Source of the DNA: Acidobacteriota bacterium
GTDB lineage: Bacteria; Acidobacteriota; UBA6911; RPQK01; JAJDTT01
NCBI GenBank assembly: GCA_965209055.1
Contig: OZ242374.1
Location: 2,720,001-2,784,000, forward strand
Reading direction: 5' to 3'
Length of the DNA stretch: 64,000 nucleotides
The first letter of the stretch is position 1, and each line of letters opens with the position of its first letter. This document shows, one piece after another, positions 38,103 through 47,833 of this stretch. The position numbers were made by a program, and so were the translations under genes. A model generated the notes under the pieces. The model worked only from the letters and a program-made list of their open reading frames with translations. It had not been told where the DNA came from and made no database searches.

Positions 38103-38356
38103 CTAAGGGATTTCCAGTTCTTCGAAGGTCAGATTCAGGATCGGATATTCTGACCAATCCTGGTAGTCGAAGTGCCACCATTCGTAAGGGTAGATGGTAA
38201 ATCCGTGCCTCTCCATGACCGTTCTGAGACGATTCCTGTTCTCACGCTCTTGAGCAGCTACTCCATCGTAGTCGGGGTAAGATCGCTCAGTGAATTCATC
38301 GTACCCGCTTCCCATGGCAGCCGGACGGCCCGATTCCAGGTGATAAAGGGTAGTGA
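38103..38356 (-). pseudogene. D-Ala-D-Ala dipeptidase (M15/VanX-like) C-terminal fragment
   Basis: 'MGSGYDEFTERSYP', 'LRTVMERHGF..YPYEWWHFDY'; the N-terminal half including the SxH motif is missing. Confidence 0.8.
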
Positions 38357-38414
38357 CCGGAAAGCGGATCCAGCAGAGTTGGGGATTTCTTGTCAACCAA
38401 TGATCAATTTCAGG

Positions 38415-38560
38415 CGGTTTCACGGGTGTCGTTGCAGTTCTCCAGAAACCGGTTTTCCCGAAGACTGCCAGCTCAAAGTATGAATGTTTTGACTCCCAAG
38501 GACTCGGCCCAGTCTCAGACCGCCAGGACCATTAACTCCAACGTCTCGCATCGGACTAGC
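38415..38560 (-). mobile_element. decayed IS3-family integrase-core remnant
   Basis: 'AV*DWAESLGVKTFIL*AGSLRENRFLENCN' resembles the IS3 pattern 'AVRDWL..LGVKTLFIEPGSPWENG..ESFN'. Confidence 0.55.
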
Positions 38561-38644
38561 GCGGACCAATGGAACTCATACGGTTCCTGATCTACCCAAC
38601 CCGCTGCCCGAGTCCATGGTAATCTCGCTCCAAATGATGCTCCC

Positions 38645-39691
38645 ATGAACATGAAAAAGATGCAGCGACGAAGTTTTCTAAACAGTTCGATTTGGCTTGG
38701 TTTTGGAGGAGTTCTTACTGGTACATCACAGAAGACCGGACCAGCGCTTGTAAAACCACGGCGGTTTCGTAAAGGAGACAAGGTGGCACTCATCAATCCT
38801 GCCGGTGCCATCGCCCACCGGATGGATTTGGAAATCGTCCAGGAAAGTCTGGAAGCTCTCGGCCTCAGGGTGAAGCTGGGGAAGCATGTCATGGACCGAC
38901 GAGGGTATCTAGCCGGCAGCGATGAAGATCGAGCCGCCGATGTGAACCGCCAGTTCGAAGATTCCTCGGTAACTGGCATCATCGCCGTTCGGGGAGGCTG
39001 GGGATGTGCCCGTATCCTGCCCCTTCTGGATTACCAACTCATCGGTCGGAATCCCAAGATTCTGGTGGGTTACAGCGATGTGACGGCACTTCTACTGGGT
39101 ATTCATTCCAAGACGGGGCTGGTCACCTTCCATGGGCCAGTCGGACTCGGCCCTTGGAATAGCTTTACAGTGGAACACTTCACCAAAATTCTTTTTGAAG
39201 GTCAGGCGGCCGAGTTGTCGAACCCTAAGGTTCTCGACGACAATTTGACCCAGGTCCAGAACAGAATCCAGACCATCGTCCCGGGAGTTGTCCGCGGTCG
39301 AATGCTCGGTGGCAATTTGACTGTTCTCTCAGCCATCGTAGGGTCTTCTTACCTGCCTGAATGGAATGATGCGATTTTGTTCCTGGAGGACATCCAGGAG
39401 AGTATTTACCGAGTGGACCGGATGTTGAGCCAGTTGGCGTTGGCTGGCATCTTGGATGAGATAAGCGGTTTCGTGTTTGGCCATTGCACCGACTGTGGTC
39501 CCGGAGAGGGCTACGGCTCTTTGACGATCGAACAGGTTCTAGCCGACCATGTAGGCGAACGAAACCTGCCCTCCTGGCGCGGGGCTATGATCGGTCATAT
39601 CAGCCAGAAATTTACCATCCCTCAGGGGATTCCGGCTGAAATCGACGCCACCACGGGAAGGATACAGTTGCTTGAGGCAGCCGTCGCGTGA
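38645..39691 (+). CDS. S66 LD-carboxypeptidase with Tat signal
   Basis: 'QRRSFL', 'RGGWG', 'GYSDVT', 'GGNL', 'LFLED', 'IGH'. Confidence 0.9.
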   Translation: MNMKKMQRRSFLNSSIWLGFGGVLTGTSQKTGPALVKPRRFRKGDKVALINPAGAIAHRMDLEIVQESLEALGLRVKLGKHVMDRRGYLAGSDEDRAADVNRQFEDSSVTGIIAVRGGWGCARILPLLDYQLIGRNPKILVGYSDVTALLLGIHSKTGLVTFHGPVGLGPWNSFTVEHFTKILFEGQAAELSNPKVLDDNLTQVQNRIQTIVPGVVRGRMLGGNLTVLSAIVGSSYLPEWNDAILFLEDIQESIYRVDRMLSQLALAGILDEISGFVFGHCTDCGPGEGYGSLTIEQVLADHVGERNLPSWRGAMIGHISQKFTIPQGIPAEIDATTGRIQLLEAAVA

Positions 39692-40066
39692 AGCCGCTCA
39701 TCGTCTTGACCGCCTTCCTGCAAAGGACTGATGATGGACGGGAGAGACCCCCCTGGGGGTGTTTCGCAAATGTAAGTTGCGCGACGCCGCCGTGCCGATC
39801 CGGGAGGCAATAAGGGGGGCGCTCCCGTCCACCTCCGATTTCCCCGAGCGGCACAGCGAAGCCAGGAATATGGCCGTAACTGCTTGAGCGAAAAAGCGAT
39901 CGGGGAAATCGCGCGTGTAAATCGACAGTTCCCTGCGGTGTAAGTTGCCCTGATTGTCTCACTTACACTCCCCGATCGGCACGGAACCCCACTTTTCAGT
40001 GGTCAAGATCGAGTTCCCGGAAGCCAGCTCGAACGCCGTACCACAAAAAAGAAAATCGCCGCTCCT

Positions 40067-41215
40067 CTACTCCCCAGAATCCGGCTTGATGAAGAACACG
40101 TGCGTGTTGGTGTCGAGGCCGTCGTAGACGATGCTGTATTGCACCATCAGTTCATTGGGGACTTTGTCGTCATATTGGTTGATGACGCAGTTGTGACTGT
40201 ACCCGTCGGCATGCCTCTCATCCCCGCTGACGATGATCCCGCTCCCCCAATTGACGCCGTCGTCGGACTGGTAGAGGACGAAGCGGTCTTTTCCCTCGCC
40301 GTATTGCCCCGACCTGCCATGCAGATAGTATTTCCCCGCCAGGTAGGCGAGTTCGGGATCGCGAACCTTCTTGTCCAGATAGGCGCGCCTCTGCTCGGTC
40401 CAGGTCTTTCCCTGGTCGCGGCTGACGCAATAGTAAAAATGGTGTTCATCCTTTTCGGTGTAGGCGCCCGCCAGTAACCGGCCATCCTCCATGATGCTCA
40501 TGGCGCCGTACCATTTGTCGTCGTCCAGAGGCAGGGTGCTTCTCCTGCGCCAGCTTTGTCCGTCGTCGGTGCTGACGTACAGGACGTGGGGACCTTGGCT
40601 GATGTCGTAAAGCACGAAATTGGTGTCTTCCTTCACCTCCACCGCGCACGGGTACCCGACAAAATCTCCGTCGAGCGGTTCGTAGTCGATCCAGGTGACG
40701 CCGTGGTCCCGACTCCTCATGAAGCCGCTCCGGCTCCGGCCGTTGTCCACATGGGTAAGAAACAGGACGACGGTTCCGTTCCCGGTCGTCAGACCTTCTT
40801 CGACGATCACCGGCCGTTTCGGATCCTTCCGGTACGCCTGGTACGAATACTCGAACCTGTTGTACCTCTCCCACGTCCTGCCGCGGTCCTTGCTGAGGGC
40901 GTAATCGCTCCACCCGTCGGAGTTGTGGTCGCTGGTATTGGCATAGAAGGCCGCGATATGGCCGTTCGCGTACTCCAGGCAGACGGGCCCCCCGTGCGAG
41001 CACCGTCCCGGAGCGTCGTTCTCCAGATCGGCGATGATGTTGCCGAAGATGTCGTCCCCGAGCCGGGTGGCAGGATCGTGATCGTAGATCGACGCCCCTT
41101 CGATGGGATGGTAATGGACGTCCTCCTGCCCGGTTGAAGGAACCTGCGCGCACCCGGCGAGGATGGAACCGACCAGGCACAAAAGGAATACGGAAGACGG
41201 TATCGAGCGATTCAT
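40067..41215 (-). CDS. sialidase/BNR-repeat lipoprotein
   Basis: Lipobox 'LAGC'; five Asp boxes. Confidence 0.8.
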   Translation of the reverse strand: MNRSIPSSVFLLCLVGSILAGCAQVPSTGQEDVHYHPIEGASIYDHDPATRLGDDIFGNIIADLENDAPGRCSHGGPVCLEYANGHIAAFYANTSDHNSDGWSDYALSKDRGRTWERYNRFEYSYQAYRKDPKRPVIVEEGLTTGNGTVVLFLTHVDNGRSRSGFMRSRDHGVTWIDYEPLDGDFVGYPCAVEVKEDTNFVLYDISQGPHVLYVSTDDGQSWRRRSTLPLDDDKWYGAMSIMEDGRLLAGAYTEKDEHHFYYCVSRDQGKTWTEQRRAYLDKKVRDPELAYLAGKYYLHGRSGQYGEGKDRFVLYQSDDGVNWGSGIIVSGDERHADGYSHNCVINQYDDKVPNELMVQYSIVYDGLDTNTHVFFIKPDSGE

Positions 41216-41334
41216 GGCGACTCCTTTCCCGCTCGTGGCTGCTCTCGCCGGACGACCGATCCACCAGTCGCCCCGGCCGCAGCCGGCATCGAGCCTTTTG
41301 GTGCGGACTGCTAGAATAGCCTCCATCTTCTGAA

Positions 41335-43722
41335 ATGAGAAAACGTTCGCGGAATATCTGCCCCTCCCGGGCTCGAATTCGTGATTCGGCGAGGCCGCCC
41401 GTCGCCCGTTTCGTGATCCTGAGTGTCCTCCTGTCGCCTCTGGCCATTGCGTCCGCCGCTCAGGATTCGATAGTCGACTTCCAACGGCAGATTCGGCCCC
41501 TGCTTTCCGACGCCTGTTTCCAGTGCCACGGTCCCGATCCCAAGGTCCGCATGGCCGGGCTGAGGCTCGATCTGCGTGAGGACCTCTTCCAGGCGCGGCC
41601 CTCCGGAGCGCCCGTCGTTCCCGGAGACCCGGACAACAGCCTGATCATTCAGCGCATTTCACATGAAGACGCGAACCTTCGCATGCCTCCCGCGTACTCG
41701 CAAAAGACGCTCAGCGACGATCAGATCGACCTGGTGCGCCGTTGGATCGCGGACGGGGCCGTCTGGCAGCAGCATTGGGCATTCACACGTCCGCGCCGAC
41801 CGGATCTGCCCGAAGTGAAGGACAACTCCTGGCCCCGGCAGGATCTGGACCACTTCGTCCTCAGCCGTCTGGAATCACACGGTCTGGCTCCTTCGCCTCC
41901 CGCGGAAAAGAGCCGGATCCTGCGCCGGGTGACGTTCGACTTGACCGGATTGCCGCCGACCCTGGAAGAACTGAACGCCTTCCTCTCGGACCCGTCCCCC
42001 GCCGCCTATGAGAAGGCCGTCGACCGGCTTCTGGCCTCGCCCCGCTACGGGGAACGCATGGCGGCCGTCTGGCTCGATCTGGCCCGCTACGCCGATACCG
42101 ACGGCTATCAGGACGACGAGCCGCGAATCATGTGGAGATGGCGCGACTGGGTCGTCGACTCGCTGAACCAGAATCTCTCCTTCGACCAGTTCACGATCCA
42201 GCAGTTGGCCGGAGACCTGCTGCCTGACCCGAACCCGGAACAAAAACTGGCCACCGGTTTTCTGCGCAACAACCGGGTCAACGGCGAAGGCGGGTCCATC
42301 GCCGACGAGTTCCGCGTCGAGTACGCCGTCGACCGCGTCAACACCGTCTCGACCGCCTGGATGGGGCTCACGGTCGGCTGTGCGCGTTGTCACGATCACA
42401 AGTACGATCCCATCTCCCAGACCGAGTTCTACCGCCTGTTCGCCTTCTTCAACAAAATTTCCGAACCGGGCACCTATCGGCGTAGCGCCGCGCCCACCAT
42501 CAAGGTGCCGCCGCGAGTCGTTCAGCGCCAATTGGACCGGATCCATCGAGAGCTTCAGGTCCTGGATCGGGATACGCCTGCGTACACCGAGCTCGAGACC
42601 CGGCATCGGCGGCTGTGGGAACAGGTTCCCGCCACCATGATCATGCGGGAGGACGAGGCCCGGGAGACCTTCGTCCTGGGACGCGGACAATACGATCAGC
42701 CGGGCGACAAGGTGACTCCTGGCGTCCCCGAGATCCTGCCCCCTCTGCCGCCTGGCGGGTCGGCCGATCGTCTGCTGCTGGCCCGGTGGCTGGTGGATCC
42801 GTCCCATCCCCTCACCGCGCGGGTGGCGGCGAACCGTTTGTGGCAAACGCACTTCGGGTCGGGACTGGTGCCGACGCCCGAGGACTTCGGCGTTCAGGGA
42901 GAGCCACCGACCCATCCCCTTCTGCTGGATTGGCTGGCCAGCGAGCTGATCCGGTTGAAATGGGACGTCAAGGCCTTCCAGCGAATGATCGTCACCAGCG
43001 CCACCTACCTGGAATCGTCGAAGCTCACGCCGGCCCTGCTGGAGAAGGATCCGGCCAACCTTCTCCTGGCGCGGGGTCCAAGATTGCGTCTGCCGGCCGA
43101 GATGATTCGGGATCAGGCCCTGGCGGTGAGCGGTCTTCTGGTCGGGTCGGTCGGAGGACCGTCGGTCAAACCCTATCAGCCGGCCGGAATCTGGGACGAG
43201 ATCGCCGGCGGCTCCACCGGCGCCTACAAGAAAGGCTACGAGCAGGGGACCGGCGCCCGTCTCTACCGCCGCAGCCTCTACTCTTTCTGGCGGCGCACCA
43301 TTCATCCTCCCGGGATGGAGGTCTTCGACGCTCCGAGCCGGGAGGTCTGCACCTCACGGCGCGAGCGAACCAACACGCCGCTCCAGGCGTTGACGCTCAT
43401 GAACGACGTGACCTACGTCGAGGCGGCTCGTGCTCTTGCCCAGCGTCTGATCCGGGAGGGCGGTCCCACCGACGAGGACCGCGTGGAATTCGGTTTCCGG
43501 CTGGTCACTTCGCGCCGGCCCGAGCCCGCGGAAATCGAGGTGCTGAGGCGCGGTCTCGAACGGCATCGATCGGCCTACGAGAACGATCCCGCGGCTGCCG
43601 CGAAGTTGGTAAGGGTTGGCGAGTCCGCATTGGGTCCTGAGATGGACCCCGTGGAACTGGCCGCCCACACCGCGCTGGCGAACGGACTATTGAATCTGGA
43701 CGAGACCATCCACCGGGAGTGA
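41335..43722 (+). CDS. planctomycete cytochrome c / DUF1549 / DUF1553 protein
   Basis: 'CFQCHGPD', 'WLDLARYADT', 'CARCHDHKYDP', 'NTPLQAL'; start uncertain. Confidence 0.92.
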   Translation: MRKRSRNICPSRARIRDSARPPVARFVILSVLLSPLAIASAAQDSIVDFQRQIRPLLSDACFQCHGPDPKVRMAGLRLDLREDLFQARPSGAPVVPGDPDNSLIIQRISHEDANLRMPPAYSQKTLSDDQIDLVRRWIADGAVWQQHWAFTRPRRPDLPEVKDNSWPRQDLDHFVLSRLESHGLAPSPPAEKSRILRRVTFDLTGLPPTLEELNAFLSDPSPAAYEKAVDRLLASPRYGERMAAVWLDLARYADTDGYQDDEPRIMWRWRDWVVDSLNQNLSFDQFTIQQLAGDLLPDPNPEQKLATGFLRNNRVNGEGGSIADEFRVEYAVDRVNTVSTAWMGLTVGCARCHDHKYDPISQTEFYRLFAFFNKISEPGTYRRSAAPTIKVPPRVVQRQLDRIHRELQVLDRDTPAYTELETRHRRLWEQVPATMIMREDEARETFVLGRGQYDQPGDKVTPGVPEILPPLPPGGSADRLLLARWLVDPSHPLTARVAANRLWQTHFGSGLVPTPEDFGVQGEPPTHPLLLDWLASELIRLKWDVKAFQRMIVTSATYLESSKLTPALLEKDPANLLLARGPRLRLPAEMIRDQALAVSGLLVGSVGGPSVKPYQPAGIWDEIAGGSTGAYKKGYEQGTGARLYRRSLYSFWRRTIHPPGMEVFDAPSREVCTSRRERTNTPLQALTLMNDVTYVEAARALAQRLIREGGPTDEDRVEFGFRLVTSRRPEPAEIEVLRRGLERHRSAYENDPAAAAKLVRVGESALGPEMDPVELAAHTALANGLLNLDETIHRE

Positions 43723-45200
43723 AGAAACCGATGACTTCTCCCACGCATCCAATCGCCAATGCCCGAGAGCTGTTGACCCGGCGTCACTTCTTCGGACGTT
43801 CCGGGATGGGAATCGGCGCCGCGGCACTGAACGCACTGCTGGCGGACGACCTCTCCGCCGCCCCGCTGGGGAGTCCCGGAGCAGCAGCCGGTGCTTCGGG
43901 TCCACCCCACTTCGAGCCCAAGGCCAAGCGGGTGATCTATCTGTGCCAGGCGGGAGGACCGGCCCAGATGGACCTCTTCGACTACAAGCCGGGCCTGAAG
44001 GAAATGTTCGACGTCGATTTCCCCGACTCGGTGCGGCAGGGCCAGCGCCTGACCACCATGACCTCGGGCCAGGATCGTTTTCCGGTGGTGCCCTCCATCT
44101 TCGAATTCCGCCGGCACGGAGAGTGCGGCGCCTGGGTCAGCGAACTGCTGCCCCATACGGCCGGCGTCGTCGATCGGCTCTGCCTGATCAAGTCGATGCA
44201 CACCGAGGCCATCAACCACGACCCCGCCATCACGCTGATGCAGACCGGCTTCGAGCGGTCGGGCCGGCCCAGCCTGGGGGCCTGGCTCTCCTACGGCTTG
44301 GGAAGCGGGAACCGGGACCTGCCCACCTTCGTGGTCATGACCTCCAACTCCAAGTCAGGGTCGCAGCCGCTGTACAAGCGCCTGTGGGGCAGTGGTTTCC
44401 TGCCCACCCGGCACCAGGGGGTGAGGTTCCGGGGCGTCGGCGATCCGGTCCTCCACCTCTCCAACCCGCCGGGAATGGACAGCGCCACCCGGCGGCACAT
44501 TCTGGACGACGTCGCCCGGTTGAACGAGTTGAAGCAGGCCGAGTTCGGAGACCCCGAGATCGCCACCCGAATCGCCCAGTACGAGCTGGCGTTCCGGATG
44601 CAGACCTCGGTTCCCGAGCTGGCGGACCTGTCCGGCGAACCGGAACACATCTTCAGGCTCTACGGTGAAGACGCCCGCGAGCGGGGCACCTACGCCTCCC
44701 ATTGCCTGATGGCCCGGCGGCTGGTGGAGAGAGGAGTGCGCTTCGTTCAATTGTTCCACCGGGGCTGGGATCAGCACCAGGACCTGCCCAAGGACCTGGC
44801 CGGCCAGTGCAAGAGCACGGACCGGGCCACCGCCGCCCTGATCCTGGATCTGGAGCAACGAGGGATGCTGGACGACACCCTCATCGTCTGGGGCGGCGAA
44901 TTCGGACGGACCATCTACTGCCAGGGAGATTTGACCAAGGAGAACTACGGGCGGGACCACCACCCGCGCTGCTTCACCATGTGGCTGGCCGGAGCCGGAG
45001 TCGCCGGCGGTCTGAGCTACGGCGAAACGGACGACTTCAGCTACAACATCGCCAAGGACCCGGTCCACGTTCACGACCTGAACGCCACCATCCTGCATCT
45101 CCTGGGCATCGACCACCTTCGGCTGACGTTCAAGTTCCAGGGCCGGGACCACCGCCTGACCGACGTTCACGGCAACGTGCTGAAACCGCTCCTGGCATAG
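43719..45200 (+). CDS. DUF1501 family protein (Tat)
   Basis: 'TRRHFF', 'KAKRVIYL...GGP.QMDLFDYKP', 'WGGEFGRT', 'GRDHH'. Confidence 0.92.
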   Translation: MKKPMTSPTHPIANARELLTRRHFFGRSGMGIGAAALNALLADDLSAAPLGSPGAAAGASGPPHFEPKAKRVIYLCQAGGPAQMDLFDYKPGLKEMFDVDFPDSVRQGQRLTTMTSGQDRFPVVPSIFEFRRHGECGAWVSELLPHTAGVVDRLCLIKSMHTEAINHDPAITLMQTGFERSGRPSLGAWLSYGLGSGNRDLPTFVVMTSNSKSGSQPLYKRLWGSGFLPTRHQGVRFRGVGDPVLHLSNPPGMDSATRRHILDDVARLNELKQAEFGDPEIATRIAQYELAFRMQTSVPELADLSGEPEHIFRLYGEDARERGTYASHCLMARRLVERGVRFVQLFHRGWDQHQDLPKDLAGQCKSTDRATAALILDLEQRGMLDDTLIVWGGEFGRTIYCQGDLTKENYGRDHHPRCFTMWLAGAGVAGGLSYGETDDFSYNIAKDPVHVHDLNATILHLLGIDHLRLTFKFQGRDHRLTDVHGNVLKPLLA

Positions 45201-45382
45201 GGCGAGAAAAGAGAAAGGAGCGGCGAAATGGAGCGACGGCATGGAGCAGCGGCATGGAGCGGCGGTTACCAACCGCCGAAAAGGGGGGTTAGGGGGACGG
45301 AGTCCCCCCTTACGCTTCCGCCGCAGTATAGACTCCGTCGACCTGTTCAAGTCGATTGCCAGGAACACCGTAGGTAAACCAA

Positions 45383-47695
45383 TTGATCTTCAGACCTTCC
45401 AATTGGAAAAGCCTGGTCCTTCTAACCGCCGTTTTGCCGCTGGCAGGCTGCAGCCGTGACGCCTCGGAGAATGGAAACACCCCCTATGGCCTGACCGAGC
45501 GGACCCTCTGGACCACCTCCCGCGTCGTAGGATCGCCCGAACCCCCGCCTCGGTATCAGCTCCGGCGCGTCTTCCCCCAGCACACCTTCGAGAATCCCAT
45601 CTTCATCGCTCAGGACCCCAATTCGGAGCGCCTGCTGGTGGCGGAGTACGGAGGCCGGATCTACAGCTTCCACGGAAACAATCCCGAGGCCGGAAAAGAC
45701 CTCTTCCTCGACTGGAACCGCCGGGTCTCCGCCTTTTCCTTCCATCCGCGCTACCGCGACAACGGCCAGGTCTTCGTCTTCAGCCCCACCAACCCCAAGC
45801 TGGAAGACCGGAAGGATGAAGACGGCAACCGGATCAAGCAGCTCAGCCGGGTCTCCCGATTCGAGCTGGAACCGGGCAGCGACCCACCACGCCTGCGTCC
45901 CGAATCGGAACGGATCATCATCCAGTGGCCCGCGGGAGGCCACAACGGCGGCGAAGCCATCATCGGTCCGGACGGCTACCTCTACATCTGCACCGGGGAC
46001 GGCACCAGTACCTCCGACCGGGAGCACACCGGCCAGGACATCGACGACCTGCTGGCGGTCATGATGCGCCTCGACGTGGAGAGGCCCGACCCCGGCCGGG
46101 CCTATTCCATCCCCCCGGACAACCCCTTCGTCGGCGTGCCCGGCGCCCGGGAAGAAATCTGGGCCTACGGCTTTCGCAATCCATGGCGGTTCAGCTTCGA
46201 CCCGATCACCGGACAGCCCTGGGTCGGAGACGTGGGTCAGGACCTCTGGGAGCTCATCGAGTTGGTCAGCCGGGGCAGCAATCATGGCTGGCCCGTGATG
46301 GAGGGCTCACACCCCTTTCATCCCAAAACGAAGCCGGGTCCCACTCCCATCGTCTCCCCCGTGATGGAGCATCACCATCGTGAGGCCCGGTCCATCACCG
46401 GCGGCTACGTCTACCAGGGAGACAAGTTTCCGGAGCTGAGAGGCGCCTACCTCTACGGGGATTACTCGTACGGGAAGATGTGGGGGTTGCGGTACGACCA
46501 CGACCGGAAGGAAGTGGTCTGGCACCAGGAACTCGCCGACTCGTCCGTCAACATCGTCAGTCTCGGCGTCGGGCGAGACGGTTCCTTCTATGCGCTGGAC
46601 TACGACACCGGGGAGGTCTACGAATTGGACCACCGGCCGGCGCCGGAGAAGATGCCGCCCTTTCCGCGGAAGCTGAGCGAGACCGGATTGTTCGCATCGG
46701 TGAAGGACCATCGGCCGGCTCCCGGCGTCATCCCGTATACGGTGAACGTCCCCTTCTGGTCCGACGGCGCCGCCAAGGAGCGGTTTCTCGCTCTGCCGGG
46801 CGAGATGCAGGTCAAGTTCAATAAGGAAGGCACCTGGGAGTTCGACGCCGGCGCGGTGATGGTGAAGTCGTTCACACTTGAGACCGAGGAAGGCAACCCG
46901 GAGACGCGCCGGTACATCGAAACCCGGCTCCTGGTGAATGAGGACGACCGGTGGGTGGGATACACCTACGCCTGGAACGACGAGCAGACCGATGCCGAGT
47001 TGGTGGAAGGGGAAGGCCGCGACCAGACCTATCAGATTCAGGACCAGCGGCTGCCCGCCGGACAGCGAAGCCAAGTTTGGCGCTATCCCAGCCGTGAGGA
47101 GTGCATGTACTGCCATTCCCGCGCGGCCGGCTTCGTGCTGGGAATGAACACCCGGCAGATGAACCGCGACCAGGACTACGCCGGGACCACGGACAATCAG
47201 TTGCGAACGCTCGACCACATCGGAATCTTCAAGGAACCGCTTGAGAAGACCCCCGCGGAATACCCGGCCCTGCCGGACCCCTTCGGGACGGATGCGGACG
47301 TGGAGGCGAGGACCCGTGCCTATCTCCAAGTAAACTGCGCCATGTGCCACGCCCCGAGCGGTGGAGGCAACTCTCGATTCAACCTGGTCTACACGGCGGA
47401 ACCGGACAAGGTCCGCCTGATCGACGAGTCGCCGATTCACGACACCATGGGAGTGGCCAACCCCCGGCTGGTGGCCCCGGGCGACCCCGACCGGTCGATC
47501 CTCTACCGACGGCTGTTGGTACGAGGCCTGAACCAAATGCCCCCGACCAGCACCAACCGGATCGACCAGCGCGGAGCCGAACTCGTGGCCGAATGGATCC
47601 GCCAACTCGGCACCGAGTCCAAACTAGCCGCGAAAACGCTAGGAGGGGCGACTTTCAGTCGCCCAGTGGAACGGCGGCTTCCAGCCGCCGAATAG
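45383..47695 (+). CDS. PQQ-dependent sugar dehydrogenase (GSDH) fused to a di-haem cytochrome c domain, lipoprotein
   Basis: 'LAGC', 'HNGG', 'EIWAYGFRNPWRFSFD', 'CMYCH', 'CAMCH'. Confidence 0.85.
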   Translation: MIFRPSNWKSLVLLTAVLPLAGCSRDASENGNTPYGLTERTLWTTSRVVGSPEPPPRYQLRRVFPQHTFENPIFIAQDPNSERLLVAEYGGRIYSFHGNNPEAGKDLFLDWNRRVSAFSFHPRYRDNGQVFVFSPTNPKLEDRKDEDGNRIKQLSRVSRFELEPGSDPPRLRPESERIIIQWPAGGHNGGEAIIGPDGYLYICTGDGTSTSDREHTGQDIDDLLAVMMRLDVERPDPGRAYSIPPDNPFVGVPGAREEIWAYGFRNPWRFSFDPITGQPWVGDVGQDLWELIELVSRGSNHGWPVMEGSHPFHPKTKPGPTPIVSPVMEHHHREARSITGGYVYQGDKFPELRGAYLYGDYSYGKMWGLRYDHDRKEVVWHQELADSSVNIVSLGVGRDGSFYALDYDTGEVYELDHRPAPEKMPPFPRKLSETGLFASVKDHRPAPGVIPYTVNVPFWSDGAAKERFLALPGEMQVKFNKEGTWEFDAGAVMVKSFTLETEEGNPETRRYIETRLLVNEDDRWVGYTYAWNDEQTDAELVEGEGRDQTYQIQDQRLPAGQRSQVWRYPSREECMYCHSRAAGFVLGMNTRQMNRDQDYAGTTDNQLRTLDHIGIFKEPLEKTPAEYPALPDPFGTDADVEARTRAYLQVNCAMCHAPSGGGNSRFNLVYTAEPDKVRLIDESPIHDTMGVANPRLVAPGDPDRSILYRRLLVRGLNQMPPTSTNRIDQRGAELVAEWIRQLGTESKLAAKTLGGATFSRPVERRLPAAE

Positions 47696-47833
47696 GAGGC
47701 GACTTTCTTGCCGCCAAACAGGAGCGACAATTATCTTATCTCCGGCTGGGAACGGCGGTTTCCTAACCGCCGAACTCCAGAGAAACAACCCAACGAGTCC
47801 GAAACGGGCGACTCAACCTCGCCCCCTAAACCG

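Noticed and set aside
38103-38423. Functional vanX resistance gene
   Set aside because: The catalytic N-terminal half is missing and there is no van cluster.
493-47605. Long antisense or alternate-frame ORFs (e.g. 493-2115, 6667-8835, 27893-29773, 32289-35534, 41875-43305, 46307-47605)
   Set aside because: Shadows of real genes in high-GC DNA; no recognisable motifs.
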